Assembly: GCA_044222065.1 (NCBI GenBank)
Contig: JBGAOA010000069.1
Location: 1-22,181 of the forward strand
Length of the DNA: 22,181 nt
Direction: 5' to 3'
From: Candidatus Eiseniibacteriota bacterium
Lineage (GTDB): Bacteria; Eisenbacteria; RBG-16-71-46
The notes under the pieces are model-generated. The model did not search any database. It was not told where the DNA came from and saw only the letters and a list, made by a program, of their open reading frames with translations. Position numbers and translations under genes: made by a program. Shown in pieces: positions 1 to 10,048 of this stretch. Position 1 is the stretch's first letter. Each line of letters starts with the position of its first letter.

Positions 1-1
1 G

Positions 2-2338
2 CTGCGCGAAGCCGCGCGCGCGGGAGCGACGCGCGGACAGTACGAGCGCTGGTTCCGCACGCTCGACGAGCAGGTGCGCGTGCTCGACCGCGAACGACAG
101 AAGTTCGCGGCCATGGTCCACCAGACGGACGCGGCGGTGTTCGTCGCCGATCGCGAGGCGGTCGTGCGCTGGACGAACGCCGCGCTCACGCGCGAGCTGC
201 CGCCCGAGGAAGGACGCTCGACCTGGATCGGGCGTCCGGTCGCCGAGATCGCGAACTCGCTCGGCGGCGGGAGCGGGGCCTTCGGGCGCGCGCTCCAGAC
301 GGGTCGCGTTGCGCACGAGGAGTGCCGCGGGCCGCTGCGCGACGGCGCGCGCACGCACTACCTCACCGCGCTGCCGATCCTCGGCCCGGACGGGCGCGCG
401 GACGAGGTGATGGTCATGGTGCAGGACCTCTCGAACCTCGACGTGCTGCGCCGCTCGGAGTCGCGCTACCGCGTGCTGTTCGAGGGGAGCGCCAAGGCGA
501 TCCTGATGGTGGACCCGATCACGCGCGCGGTGCTGCTCGCGAATCCGGCGGCGTGCCGGCTGCTCGGCCGCGACGCCGCGTCGCTCGCGCGCCTCGGCCT
601 CGGCGAGCTGCACCCGGACGGCGAGTGGGAGCGGCTGCGGCCGCGCTACGCCGCCGGGTTCCGCGAGAGTGCGTTCGACCTCGGCGAGTGCCGCATCGCG
701 ACCGCGGACGGCGGCGAGCGCATCGCGCTCGTGAACGGCGCGGGCATCGAGTTCGACGACCACGCCGCCGTGCTCGTCGAACTCCAGGACGTCACCGAGC
801 GGCGCGCCGTCGAAGCGGCGCTCGAGCGCGTCGAGGAGCACCTGCGCATGGTGGTCGCGAACGCCCCGGTCATCCTGTTCGCGATCGATCGCGAGGGACG
901 CTTCACGCTGTCGGAGGGGCGCGGCCTCGAGTCCCTGGGCCTCAAGCCCGGCGAGGTCGTCGGGCGCTCGGCCTTCGAGATGTACGCGGGCTTCCCGAAC
1001 GTCATCGAGGGGCTCGAGCACGCGCTCGGGGGCGAGCCGTTCTCGGCGGTGCAGGATCTCGGCGAACTCGCGTTCGACGTCACCTACTGCCCGTTGCGCG
1101 AACACGGCGAGGTCGCGGGCGTGATCGGCGTCGCGACCGACGTGACGCAGCGGCGCGAGCTGGAGGAGCGGCTGCGCCAGGCGCAGAAGATGGAGGCGAT
1201 CGGGCGGCTCGCGGGCGGCGTCGCGCACGACTTCAACAACCTGCTCGCGGCGATCCTCGGCCACGCCGAGCTCGCGCTGCGGCGGCTCGAAACCGAGCAT
1301 CCGCTTCGTCACGACGTCGAGGAGATCGAGAAGGCCGGCCGGCGCGGAGCGCTGCTGACACGGCAGCTGCTGTCGTTCAGCCGCCGCGAAGTCACCGCCC
1401 CCGAGGTGTTCGACCTGCGTTCGGTGGTGCACGGCATGCAGGGGCTCCTGCACCGGCTCATCGGCGAGGACATCGAGCTGCTCACGGCGATGCCGCCGGA
1501 AGAGGTGCCCGTGCGCGCCGACCGCGGACAGATCGAGCAGGTCGTGATGAACCTGGCGGTCAACGCGCGCGACGCGATGCCGCGCGGCGGCCGGCTCGAA
1601 TTGCACGTCGAGCGCGCGGGCGGGGAGGCGCGCCTCGAGGTGCGCGACACCGGCTGCGGCATGGACGGCGACACGATCGCCCACCTGTTCGAGCCGTTCT
1701 TCACGACGAAGCCGCAGGGCAAGGGCACCGGGCTCGGGCTCTCGACCGTGTACGCGATCCTCGAGCGCACCGGCGGCCGCATCGAAGTGGACAGCGTGCC
1801 GCGGCTCGGCACGACGTTCCGCATCCACCTTCCGCTCGCTGAGACCGAGGGGCCGGTGGTCGAACACGACCTGCGCGGCGGCGAGATGCCGCGCGGCACC
1901 GAAACGGTGCTGCTCGTCGAGGACGAGGACGCGGTGCGCGGCCTCGCGCGCACCGTGCTCGCCTCGCTCGGCTACACCGTGATCGAGGCGCGGCACGGGA
2001 TCGAGGCGCTGGAGCGTTTCGACGCGAGCGGGGCCGCGGTCCAGATCGTCGTGACCGACGTCGTGATGCCGCAGATGGGCGGCCGCGAACTCGTGCAGCG
2101 GCTGCTCGAGCGCGCGCCGAACCTGCGCGTGCTGCTCATGTCGGGCTACACCGACGACGAACTCGTGCGCAGCGGCGTCGCGGAGCACGGCGCGCCGTTC
2201 CTGCAGAAGCCGTTCACGCTCGACCAGTTCGCGGCGCGCGTGCGCGAAGTGCTCGACGCGTCGGCGTCCGCGCCGAACTTCGGCCCTCGCCGCACGACCG
2301 CGGACGACGGCCCGCCGGCCGACCGCAGCGCCGCCTGA
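2..2338 (+). CDS. PAS-domain hybrid sensor histidine kinase/response regulator (CckA-like), 5'-partial
   Basis: Frame is open from base 2 (LREAARAG...) into the 74..2338 ORF. Three PAS-like segments, H-box [22 protein letters not shown]-box [12 protein letters not shown]-boxes [23 protein letters not shown]-terminal receiver VLLVEDE...TDVVMP...MSGY...LQKPF. Confidence 0.95.
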   Translation: MREAARAGATRGQYERWFRTLDEQVRVLDRERQKFAAMVHQTDAAVFVADREAVVRWTNAALTRELPPEEGRSTWIGRPVAEIANSLGGGSGAFGRALQTGRVAHEECRGPLRDGARTHYLTALPILGPDGRADEVMVMVQDLSNLDVLRRSESRYRVLFEGSAKAILMVDPITRAVLLANPAACRLLGRDAASLARLGLGELHPDGEWERLRPRYAAGFRESAFDLGECRIATADGGERIALVNGAGIEFDDHAAVLVELQDVTERRAVEAALERVEEHLRMVVANAPVILFAIDREGRFTLSEGRGLESLGLKPGEVVGRSAFEMYAGFPNVIEGLEHALGGEPFSAVQDLGELAFDVTYCPLREHGEVAGVIGVATDVTQRRELEERLRQAQKMEAIGRLAGGVAHDFNNLLAAILGHAELALRRLETEHPLRHDVEEIEKAGRRGALLTRQLLSFSRREVTAPEVFDLRSVVHGMQGLLHRLIGEDIELLTAMPPEEVPVRADRGQIEQVVMNLAVNARDAMPRGGRLELHVERAGGEARLEVRDTGCGMDGDTIAHLFEPFFTTKPQGKGTGLGLSTVYAILERTGGRIEVDSVPRLGTTFRIHLPLAETEGPVVEHDLRGGEMPRGTETVLLVEDEDAVRGLARTVLASLGYTVIEARHGIEALERFDASGAAVQIVVTDVVMPQMGGRELVQRLLERAPNLRVLLMSGYTDDELVRSGVAEHGAPFLQKPFTLDQFAARVREVLDASASAPNFGPRRTTADDGPPADRSAA

Positions 2339-2352
2339 CGCCGCGCGCGGCG

Positions 2353-2381
2353 TTGATTTCCGGTTCGGCCTCGCGCAGAGT
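2353..2381 (+). promoter_or_regulatory. Putative sigma70-like promoter of the cytochrome c gene
   Basis: TTGATT (2353-2358), 17-nt spacer, CAGAGT (2376-2381); the -10 is degenerate. Confidence 0.35.
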
Positions 2382-2439
2382 ACGCGCCACCTCGGTCACG
2401 ACTTCCTCTCCAACTCGCTCGAAACACCCGGGAGGACGC

Positions 2440-3024
2440 ATGCGCTCGACCCGCTGGACCCTCGTTGCCGTCGTCGTCACCTGCGCCGCACTCGCCGCCG
2501 CGGCGTTCGCCGCCTCCAGGGCGTCCGCCCCCGCGGGAAAGCCGTCCCGCACGGCGCTCGTCGCGCGCGGCGAGTATCTCGTCAACGTCATGGGCTGCGG
2601 CGACTGTCACACGCCGGGGACGCTCTTCGGCTCGCCGGACCATTCGCGCAAGCTGTCCGGGAGCGAACTCGGCTGGCGCGGGCCGTGGGGCGTGTCGTAC
2701 GCGCGCAACCTGACGCCCGACACCGACACCGGACTCGGCTACTGGTCCGAGAAGGAGCTGTTCAACGCGCTGCGCACCGGCGTGAAGCCCGACGGCAAGG
2801 TCCTGCTGCCGCCGATGCCATGGCCGAATACGGCCGTGCTCTCGGACGCCGACCTGAACGCCGTCGTCGCGTACTTGCAGAGCCTGTCGCCGGTGAAGCA
2901 CGCGGTGCCGAACGCCGTCGCTCCGGACCGCGCCGCGGCGATCACGGGTTCGATCATCGACATGCCCGCGCCGAGCGCGTGGGACGCTCCGCGTCCCGTG
3001 GACACGGGCGGCACGCAGAAGTAG
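2440..3024 (+). CDS. Exported monoheme c-type cytochrome
   Basis: GGAGG SD before ATG 2440; signal peptide MRSTRWTLVAVVVTCAALAAAAFA; RGEYLV..MGCGDCHTP (CxxCH), YARNLTPD..TGLG.WS, PPMPW (likely distal Met ligand). Confidence 0.92.
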   Translation: MRSTRWTLVAVVVTCAALAAAAFAASRASAPAGKPSRTALVARGEYLVNVMGCGDCHTPGTLFGSPDHSRKLSGSELGWRGPWGVSYARNLTPDTDTGLGYWSEKELFNALRTGVKPDGKVLLPPMPWPNTAVLSDADLNAVVAYLQSLSPVKHAVPNAVAPDRAAAITGSIIDMPAPSAWDAPRPVDTGGTQK

Positions 3025-3033
3025 CCGGCGGCG

Positions 3034-5652
3034 TCAGGGCAGCGGCGCGAGGGACTGCAGGTAGCGGACCACCGCGGCGCCCTCGCGCTCGCGCAGCCGG
3101 ACGCAGTCCCGCACCGACTCCGCGACCTTCGCCATCTCGGTTTCCCAGCCCGGCGCCTGGTGCGCCGGATCGGCGAAGAAGGTCTGCGCGACCGCGAGGC
3201 GTTCGAGCGAGCACCCGGACGCGGTGCGCGGCATGAAGGCGAGGAACATCGCCGGGATGCGCGCCGCGAAGTCGCCGTAGTGCTCGAGCGTCCATTCGAA
3301 CACGCGCTGGCGGCGCTCGAAGCGCGGGCCCTGCGCGAGCGGGATCTCGAACAGCTCCTGCGGACGCAACGATCCGCGGAACACGTAGTCGAGCGCCGCA
3401 TCGGCGAGCGCCGGGTCGCGGAACTCGCCGAGCGCGCCGAGGTAGCGCTCGCGGTCGGCGGGCAGCTCCGCGGTCTCGAAGCGCTTCACGTAGTCGTCGA
3501 AACGTGCGCGGTCGCCGCGGATCGCCGACAGCTTCAGCGCGGGCTCGACGAGCCCCGGCTCGACCGACGACGGGTCGTTCGCGTAGTCGCGCGCGAGCGC
3601 CTCGGCCGCCTCGAGCCGGTGCGCGTCCTCGCCCTCGGCGCCGAGCAGCTGCCACAGCTCACCGCGCAGCCGTGCCGCCGACGGCGGCTCGCCCGGCCGC
3701 GCGCGCTCGCCGACGCGCTCGAGCATCGGCGCGAGCGTGCGGCGCACGTAGTGCGCGAACAGCGAGCGCGTCTCCTCCGCGCCGAACGTCGCCCGCGCCT
3801 GCCGCACCGCCGCGATCACGCGCTGGCTCACCTCGGGCTCGGGGTCCTGCGCGAGCCGCTCGAGCGCGCGCAGGTACTCGTCGGCGCCGAGCTCGCCGCC
3901 GTCGAGGAGCGCCGCGAGGTTGTCCACGAGCGCCGCGCGCGCGCGCGGCGTCAGCACCTTCGGCGAACGATCGATCAGAGCGCGCAGGTCCGCGTCCGGC
4001 AGCGACCAGCGGTAGTAGGCGGTCTCGTCCGCGTTCGGATGCAGCCAGTCCGCGCTCTCGATGCCCTCGAGCCGCACGACGCGCTGCTCGGTCTTGAGCA
4101 TCACCGAGTACGTGCGCCGCACGGCGCCTTCGCCGTACTCGAGCAGGACGGGGATCTTCCACGGCTCGGCCTCGGGCGCCGCGACGCCGGCGGGCAGGAA
4201 GCGGCGCTGCGTGAGGCGCACGCGATCGCCGCCGAGGCGCTCGACCGTGAGCAGCGGAACGCCGGGGCGGTCGAGGAACGACTCCATGGACGGCTCGATC
4301 GCGGTGCGTCCGGCGCGCGACAGCGCGTACCACAGGTCCGCGGCGTTCGCGTTCGACCACTCGAAGTTCGAGAGGTAGCGGCGCACCCCGGCCTGGAAGC
4401 GATCCGGGCCGAGGAAGCGCTCGAACATCTCGAGCACCGCCTGGCCCTTGTCGTACGCCAATTCGTCCGCGAGCTGGAGCAGGTTGTCGGCGTCCGTGAC
4501 CGGCTGGCGCATCGCTCGCGTCGAGAGCCGCGCGTCGGAGACGAGCGCGCGATTTCGGCGGCCGAGGCTGCGCGTGCGGGCCTGCACCTCGGGGAACGCG
4601 CGATCGGACACCTTGTCGCCCATCCACGACGCGAACGACTCGTTGAGCCACATGTCGTCCCACCATTCCATCGTGACGAGATCGCCGAACCACATGTGGG
4701 CGAGTTCGTGCGCGGTCACGCTCACGAGGTGGGAGCGCTCCTCGTCGCTCGCGCGCTTCGGGTCGAGCAGGAGCAAGTTGTCGCGGTAGGTGATGAGGCC
4801 CGGATTCTCCATCGCGCCGTACCAGTACTCGGGCACCGCGATGAGATCGCACTTCTCGAACGGGTAGGGGCGTCCGAAGTAGTCCTCGAGCGCGCGGAGC
4901 AGCGGCGGCGTGATGCGCACGGCCTCGGCGGCGAGCGCGCCCTGTCCCTTGATCGTGATGACGTGCCCCGGTACGCCGAGCCCCGGGATCTCGACGACGT
5001 CGAACGGGCCGGTCGCGAGCGCGACGAGGTACGCGGGCAGCGGGGGCGTGCGCTTGAAGACGACCGTGCGCTCGGCGCCGTCCTCGGACTCGCGTTCAAT
5101 CGGCGTGTTCGAGAACGCGAGGTGCCGCTTCGGCACGACGAGCGTCAGCTGCCAGGGGATCTTGAACGACGGTTCGTCCCAGCACGGGAACGCGCCGCGG
5201 GCGTCGTCGGCCTCGAACTGGGTGAACGTGTAGCTCTTGCCGCGGGTGAACAGCTTGTAGAGGCTCGCGGCCCGCGTGTTGAACGCGTTCTTGAACGCGA
5301 TCTCGAGCGTGTAGTCGCCGGGCGCGAGCGGCGTCTCCGGCGTGACCGTGATCGCGCGCTCTTCCTCTCCCGACACCTTCGCGCCGATCGCCCCGCGCGC
5401 TCCCGAGAGCGTCAGGCGTTCGATCACGAGTCCCTGCGCGTGGAAGCGGAACGATGCCGCCGGCCGCTCCGCGTGCAGTTCGATGCGCGCCTCGCCGCGG
5501 TACTCGCTCTGGTCGGCGTTCACCCACAGCTTCACCGCTTCGAACGTCGGCGCCACGTCGCGCGCGAGACGCGAGGCGTGCGCGAGCGCGGGCGCGAGGG
5601 CGAGCAGGAGGAGGGCGGCGAAGGCGGGACGCGGCGGGATCGGGCGGCGCAT
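3034..5652 (-). CDS. Exported M1-family zinc aminopeptidase with ERAP1-like C-terminal domain
   Basis: TQFEADDARGAFPCWDEP, GAMEN, HELAH...WLNES (HExxH-x18-E), YDKG; N-terminal signal peptide ending ALAHA. Confidence 0.95.
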   Translation of the reverse strand: MRRPIPPRPAFAALLLLALAPALAHASRLARDVAPTFEAVKLWVNADQSEYRGEARIELHAERPAASFRFHAQGLVIERLTLSGARGAIGAKVSGEEERAITVTPETPLAPGDYTLEIAFKNAFNTRAASLYKLFTRGKSYTFTQFEADDARGAFPCWDEPSFKIPWQLTLVVPKRHLAFSNTPIERESEDGAERTVVFKRTPPLPAYLVALATGPFDVVEIPGLGVPGHVITIKGQGALAAEAVRITPPLLRALEDYFGRPYPFEKCDLIAVPEYWYGAMENPGLITYRDNLLLLDPKRASDEERSHLVSVTAHELAHMWFGDLVTMEWWDDMWLNESFASWMGDKVSDRAFPEVQARTRSLGRRNRALVSDARLSTRAMRQPVTDADNLLQLADELAYDKGQAVLEMFERFLGPDRFQAGVRRYLSNFEWSNANAADLWYALSRAGRTAIEPSMESFLDRPGVPLLTVERLGGDRVRLTQRRFLPAGVAAPEAEPWKIPVLLEYGEGAVRRTYSVMLKTEQRVVRLEGIESADWLHPNADETAYYRWSLPDADLRALIDRSPKVLTPRARAALVDNLAALLDGGELGADEYLRALERLAQDPEPEVSQRVIAAVRQARATFGAEETRSLFAHYVRRTLAPMLERVGERARPGEPPSAARLRGELWQLLGAEGEDAHRLEAAEALARDYANDPSSVEPGLVEPALKLSAIRGDRARFDDYVKRFETAELPADRERYLGALGEFRDPALADAALDYVFRGSLRPQELFEIPLAQGPRFERRQRVFEWTLEHYGDFAARIPAMFLAFMPRTASGCSLERLAVAQTFFADPAHQAPGWETEMAKVAESVRDCVRLREREGAAVVRYLQSLAPLP

Positions 5653-5794
5653 GCGGAGTCCTCGAAGGTGCGGGAGGCTGCGGGTCGCGGCATTTCATCG
5701 CAGCGACCGGACCGCGACAAGCCCGAATCCGAAGGGCGCGGAGAGCGCGTGACCGGCGCGGCATTGCGCGCTCGCGCGGCACGCGCGGCGGGGT

Positions 5795-5832
5795 TTGCCT
5801 CGGCAAGGTCCTCCGGCTATATTCCGCCGCCC
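5795..5832 (+). promoter_or_regulatory. sigma70 promoter of the tRNA operon with GC-rich discriminator
   Basis: TTGCCT (5795-5800), 17 nt, TATATT (5818-5823), then CCGCCGCCC, about 30 nt upstream of the first tRNA. Confidence 0.75.
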
Positions 5833-5852
5833 GTACGACTCGGCGATCTCGC

Positions 5853-5938
5853 GGAGGGATGGCCGAGTGGTTGAAGGCGCCGGTCTTGAAAACCGGAGAG
5901 CGAAAGCTCCGTGGGTTCGAATCCTACTCCCTCCGCCA
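5853..5938 (+). tRNA. tRNA-Ser (anticodon TGA)
   Basis: Acceptor GGAGGGA/TCCCTCC, anticodon arm CCGGT-CTTGAAA-ACCGG, long variable arm GAGC-GAAA-GCTC, T-loop TTCGAAT, encoded GCCA. Confidence 0.97.
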
Positions 5939-5947
5939 CGCACATCC

Positions 5948-6039
5948 GGAGAGGTGGCCGAGTGGCTGAAGGCAGCCGCCTGCTAAGCGGTTGATCGGGT
6001 AAAACCGGTCCGGAGGTTCGAATCCTCTCCTCTCCGCCA
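5948..6039 (+). tRNA. tRNA-Ser (anticodon GCT)
   Basis: Acceptor GGAGAGG/CCTCTCC, anticodon arm GCCGC-CTGCTAA-GCGGT, long variable arm, TTCGAAT, GCCA end. Confidence 0.97.
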
Positions 6040-6059
6040 GTTCGCACCCACGATGGGGC

Positions 6060-6136
6060 GCGCCCTTAGCTCAATTGGATAGAGCATCTGACTACGGATC
6101 AGAAGGTTGGGGGTTCAAATCCTCCAGGGCGCGCCA
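6060..6136 (+). tRNA. tRNA-Arg (anticodon ACG)
   Basis: Acceptor GCGCCCT/AGGGCGC, D-arm GCTC...GAGC, anticodon arm TCTGA-CTACGGA-TCAGA, T-loop TTCAAAT, GCCA end. Confidence 0.97.
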
Positions 6137-6144
6137 TTATCCTG

Positions 6145-6181
6145 CCCCTCGCCGGATTCGACCGGCGGGGGGTTTCGTGTT
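6145..6181 (+). terminator. Intrinsic terminator after the tRNA cluster
   Basis: CCCCTCGCCGG-ATTCGA-CCGGCGGGGGG hairpin (one G-U pair) followed by TTTCGTGTT. Confidence 0.75.
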
Positions 6182-6206
6182 CCAGGCCGCATTCAGGGAG
6201 ACGCAC

Positions 6207-7453
<1,247 letters not shown>

Positions 7454-7478
7454 CGCGCGCCCCGGCCTTCCGGCCCGC

Positions 7479-8174
7479 ATGAGCGACGCCGAGCGCGAAT
7501 CCGCCCGCGCGCTGCTCGAACGGCACGTGCCGGGCCTCGACCGCGCGTCGCCGTTCCTGCGCGCGGACCTCGAGCACCACGCGCGCGTCGTGCGCGCCCC
7601 GCGCGGCACGGTGCTGTTCGAGCCCGGCCATCCGTGCGGCGGATTGCTGCTCGTGGACGCCGGCTCGGTGCGCGTTTCGCGTCCCGGCCCGCGCGGGCGC
7701 GAGCTGACGCTCTACCGCGTGAGCCCGACCGAAGTGTGCGTGATCTCGCTCACCTGCGTGATGGCCGAGTCGAGCTATCCCGCGCGCGGCGTCGTCGAAC
7801 GCGACGTGCTCGGCGTGTTTCTGCCGCGCGTGCTGTTCCAGCGCCTCAACGACGAGCTTCCCGCGTTCCGGGCGTTCGTGTTCGATGCCCTCGCGGGCCG
7901 GCTCGCCGAACTGATCGACCTCGCGTCCGCCGTCACGTTCGAACACCTCGACACCCGGCTGCCCGCGCTGTTGCTGCGGAAGTGCGACGCCCAGGGCGCA
8001 GGCGAACTCGCGCTCACGCACCAGGCCCTCGCCGACGAACTCGGCACGGTGCGCGAGCGTGTCAGCCGGTTGCTCGCGGAACTCGAGGCGCGCGGAGTCG
8101 TCGAACTCGGACGCGGCCGGGTTCGAGTCCTCGACCCGGCCGCGCTGCGCGAGATCGCCGCGCCCGACGAGTGA
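7479..8174 (+). CDS. Crp/Fnr family transcriptional regulator
   Basis: cNMP-binding-like barrel (LFEPGHPC...GSVRV...GRELTLYRV..EVCVISLTC) and HTH LTHQALADELGTVRERVSRLL..LEARGVVELGRGRV. Confidence 0.93.
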   Translation: MSDAERESARALLERHVPGLDRASPFLRADLEHHARVVRAPRGTVLFEPGHPCGGLLLVDAGSVRVSRPGPRGRELTLYRVSPTEVCVISLTCVMAESSYPARGVVERDVLGVFLPRVLFQRLNDELPAFRAFVFDALAGRLAELIDLASAVTFEHLDTRLPALLLRKCDAQGAGELALTHQALADELGTVRERVSRLLAELEARGVVELGRGRVRVLDPAALREIAAPDE

Positions 8175-8369
8175 TCACGCGGCGCCCGACTTCCTCGGAC
8201 AGGTGCGGATGCCGAACGGCACGTAGAGCGGGCACCACCCGATCGCGGCCGTGAGCAGCGGCACGACGCCGATCGCGCCCCACCAGCTCTTGAAGTAGAG
8301 GCCGGCGCCGATGAGGGCCACTCCGGCGACGATCCGCACGATCCGATCCGCGCTTCCGACGTTCTGCAT
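8175..8369 (-). CDS. DUF2892 (YgaP-like) small membrane protein
   Basis: MQNVGSADRIVRI...GVVPLLTAAIGWCPLY.PFGIRTC; SD GGAGGT upstream. Confidence 0.9.
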   Translation of the reverse strand: MQNVGSADRIVRIVAGVALIGAGLYFKSWWGAIGVVPLLTAAIGWCPLYVPFGIRTCPRKSGAA

Positions 8370-8454
8370 GGCTTACCTCCGTCTTCCTGAGTCGGCCGGG
8401 CCGTGATGGCCGACCGGGTTCCCGCACAGTCTGATGCCGCGGTGGCGCCCGGGT

Positions 8455-8472
8455 CTGTGACGAACGTCACAG
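8455..8472. promoter_or_regulatory. Perfect CRP-type operator (C)TGTGA-N6-TCACA(G)
   Basis: CTGTGA CGAACG TCACAG; lies about 42 nt upstream of a start site predicted from a minus-strand CAGACT -10 (8433-8428) for the DUF2892 gene. Confidence 0.85.
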
Positions 8473-8586
8473 TCGGATCGCGGTCTTTCGGACTTGGCCC
8501 TCCGGCGGGGCGGGGCGTACCGTTCCCGCGGCCGCAGGAGTCCCCGCGGCCGCCCTCCCCGCGTCGTTCGTCTCGGAGTTTCCGAC

Positions 8587-10017
8587 ATGCGCCGCTCGTG
8601 CCGTCTCTCGCCCTGGCTGGTCGCCTGCGCGCTCGCGGCGACTCACGCGCGTCCCGCCGGCGCGGTGGACGCCTACGTCTCGCGCATCGGAACCGCGAAC
8701 GCGCTCGCCGCGACCGTCACGAACTACGGCCTGATCGGGAACAACTTCGTGAATCGTACGGCCTCGCTCGAGTTCCCGGCCGGCTCGGGGTACGAGCACC
8801 TGCGGCTCGCGGGCCTCTGGATCGGAGCCTCGGCGACCGACGCGTCGGGCGCGTTCGTCGGCGTCACGACCGGCGAACTCGACGGCACGCAGGGCTCGGC
8901 GGCGGCGTCGCACACGGAGTTCTCGCCGAACGGTTCGGCGTTCCTGCTGCGATCGACGTCGGCGTTCAGCCCGTACTACACGCCCGACGCCGTCAGCCTG
9001 CTCGATCAGATCAGCTTCTTCGACGACCTCACGCCCAAGCGCGCGAGCGGCTCGAGCGAGGACCACCGCCCGCTGCACGTGCGCGTCCGCCAGACGACGC
9101 ACCAGTGGACGTTCCACGAGCTCGACGGCGCGCTGTTCGTGCGCTTCGTCGTCACGAACCTCGGGTCGGCGCTCACGAACGTGTGGCTCGGCCTCTACGG
9201 CGAGTTCGTGGCGGTGGACAAGAACGCCTATGCCTCCTGGCCGCCGACGAGCGGCGGCAGTGCCTACGGTTCCGCGTACGGCCGCAAGTGGCTCGCGTGG
9301 GATTCCGGCACGCGCACGGTGCGCGCGCACTACTGCGCGGCGTCGCCCGTGCCCGGGGCGTGCCTGCTGCAACGGGTGCCGCCGTGGATGGGCCTGACTC
9401 TGCTGACGCCGCCGGCGAGCGGGCAGGCGGTCACCGTGGGCCTCCACAATTGGAATGCGTTCGATCCCGCGCTCGACAGCGATCTCGAGCGCTACGCCTT
9501 TCTCGCCGCGGGGGCCGTGACCAATCCGGAATCACCACCGTACCTGCCCGGCGTCGGGGATCCCCTCGTGCTGCTCGCGCTCGGGCCGCGCCCTTCGCTC
9601 GCGCCCGGGGATTCGATGGAGGTCGCGTTCGCGCTCGTCGGCGCCGCGACGGCCGACTCCCTCGCGCTCGCCGCGCAGGCGGCGCAGCGCGTGCGCGACC
9701 ACGGCTACGCCGACCCGACGGCCGGTGTCGTGTCCGGCCCCGGCGCCGGACGGCCTGCCGCGCTCTCCGTCGTGGTGAATCCGACCGGTGGCGCGCCGCC
9801 CCGGCTCGCCTTCTCGATCTTCGAGCGTGCGTCGGGACGGCTCGCGCTCTACGATCCGGCCGGCCGCAGGGTCTGGCACCGGTCCCTTCTCGGACTCGAG
9901 CCGGGGTCGTACGTCTTCGAAGTCGACGGCGCCGACGCCCTCGCTCCCGGACTCTATTTCGCCGTACTCGCTCACGGCTCCGAACGCGCGACCGCGCGCG
10001 TCGTGATCACCCGCTGA
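8587..10017 (+). CDS. Exported protein of unknown function with T9SS type-A-like C-terminal domain
   Basis: GGAG SD, ATG 8587, signal peptide ending PAGA; TNYGLIGNN...EFPAGSGYEHL..AGLWIGA; C-terminus VNP...LYDPAGRRV...LAPGLYFAVL...RVVITR. Confidence 0.85.
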   Translation: MRRSCRLSPWLVACALAATHARPAGAVDAYVSRIGTANALAATVTNYGLIGNNFVNRTASLEFPAGSGYEHLRLAGLWIGASATDASGAFVGVTTGELDGTQGSAAASHTEFSPNGSAFLLRSTSAFSPYYTPDAVSLLDQISFFDDLTPKRASGSSEDHRPLHVRVRQTTHQWTFHELDGALFVRFVVTNLGSALTNVWLGLYGEFVAVDKNAYASWPPTSGGSAYGSAYGRKWLAWDSGTRTVRAHYCAASPVPGACLLQRVPPWMGLTLLTPPASGQAVTVGLHNWNAFDPALDSDLERYAFLAAGAVTNPESPPYLPGVGDPLVLLALGPRPSLAPGDSMEVAFALVGAATADSLALAAQAAQRVRDHGYADPTAGVVSGPGAGRPAALSVVVNPTGGAPPRLAFSIFERASGRLALYDPAGRRVWHRSLLGLEPGSYVFEVDGADALAPGLYFAVLAHGSERATARVVITR

Positions 10018-10048
10018 GGGCGAGCCCTTCACCCCCCAGGAGGACCCG

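Noticed and set aside
3160..5874. 904-aa + strand ORF and many other long Arg/Ala/Pro-rich ORFs (e.g. 322..1842, 8403..10142, 12196..14667)
   Set aside because: Antisense or off-frame shadows of genes with clear motifs; stop codons are scarce at this GC content.
5853..5938. tRNA with TGA as a selenocysteine or suppressor tRNA
   Set aside because: TGA is the anticodon, reading UCA (Ser); tRNA-Sec has anticodon TCA and a longer acceptor stem.
6075..6206. N-terminal extension of ORF 6075..6950
   Set aside because: Overlaps tRNA-Arg and the terminator; ATG 6207 has an SD and begins a signal peptide.
8119..8133. GGGTTCGAGTCCT, resembling a tRNA T-arm or att duplication
   Set aside because: Lies inside the Crp/Fnr CDS (GRVRVL), does not match the 3' ends of the local tRNAs, and no integrase is present.
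8525..8553. Twin GCGGCCGC / CCCGCGGCCGC repeat forming a leader hairpin
   Set aside because: Expected by chance at this GC content; no recognisable riboswitch features.
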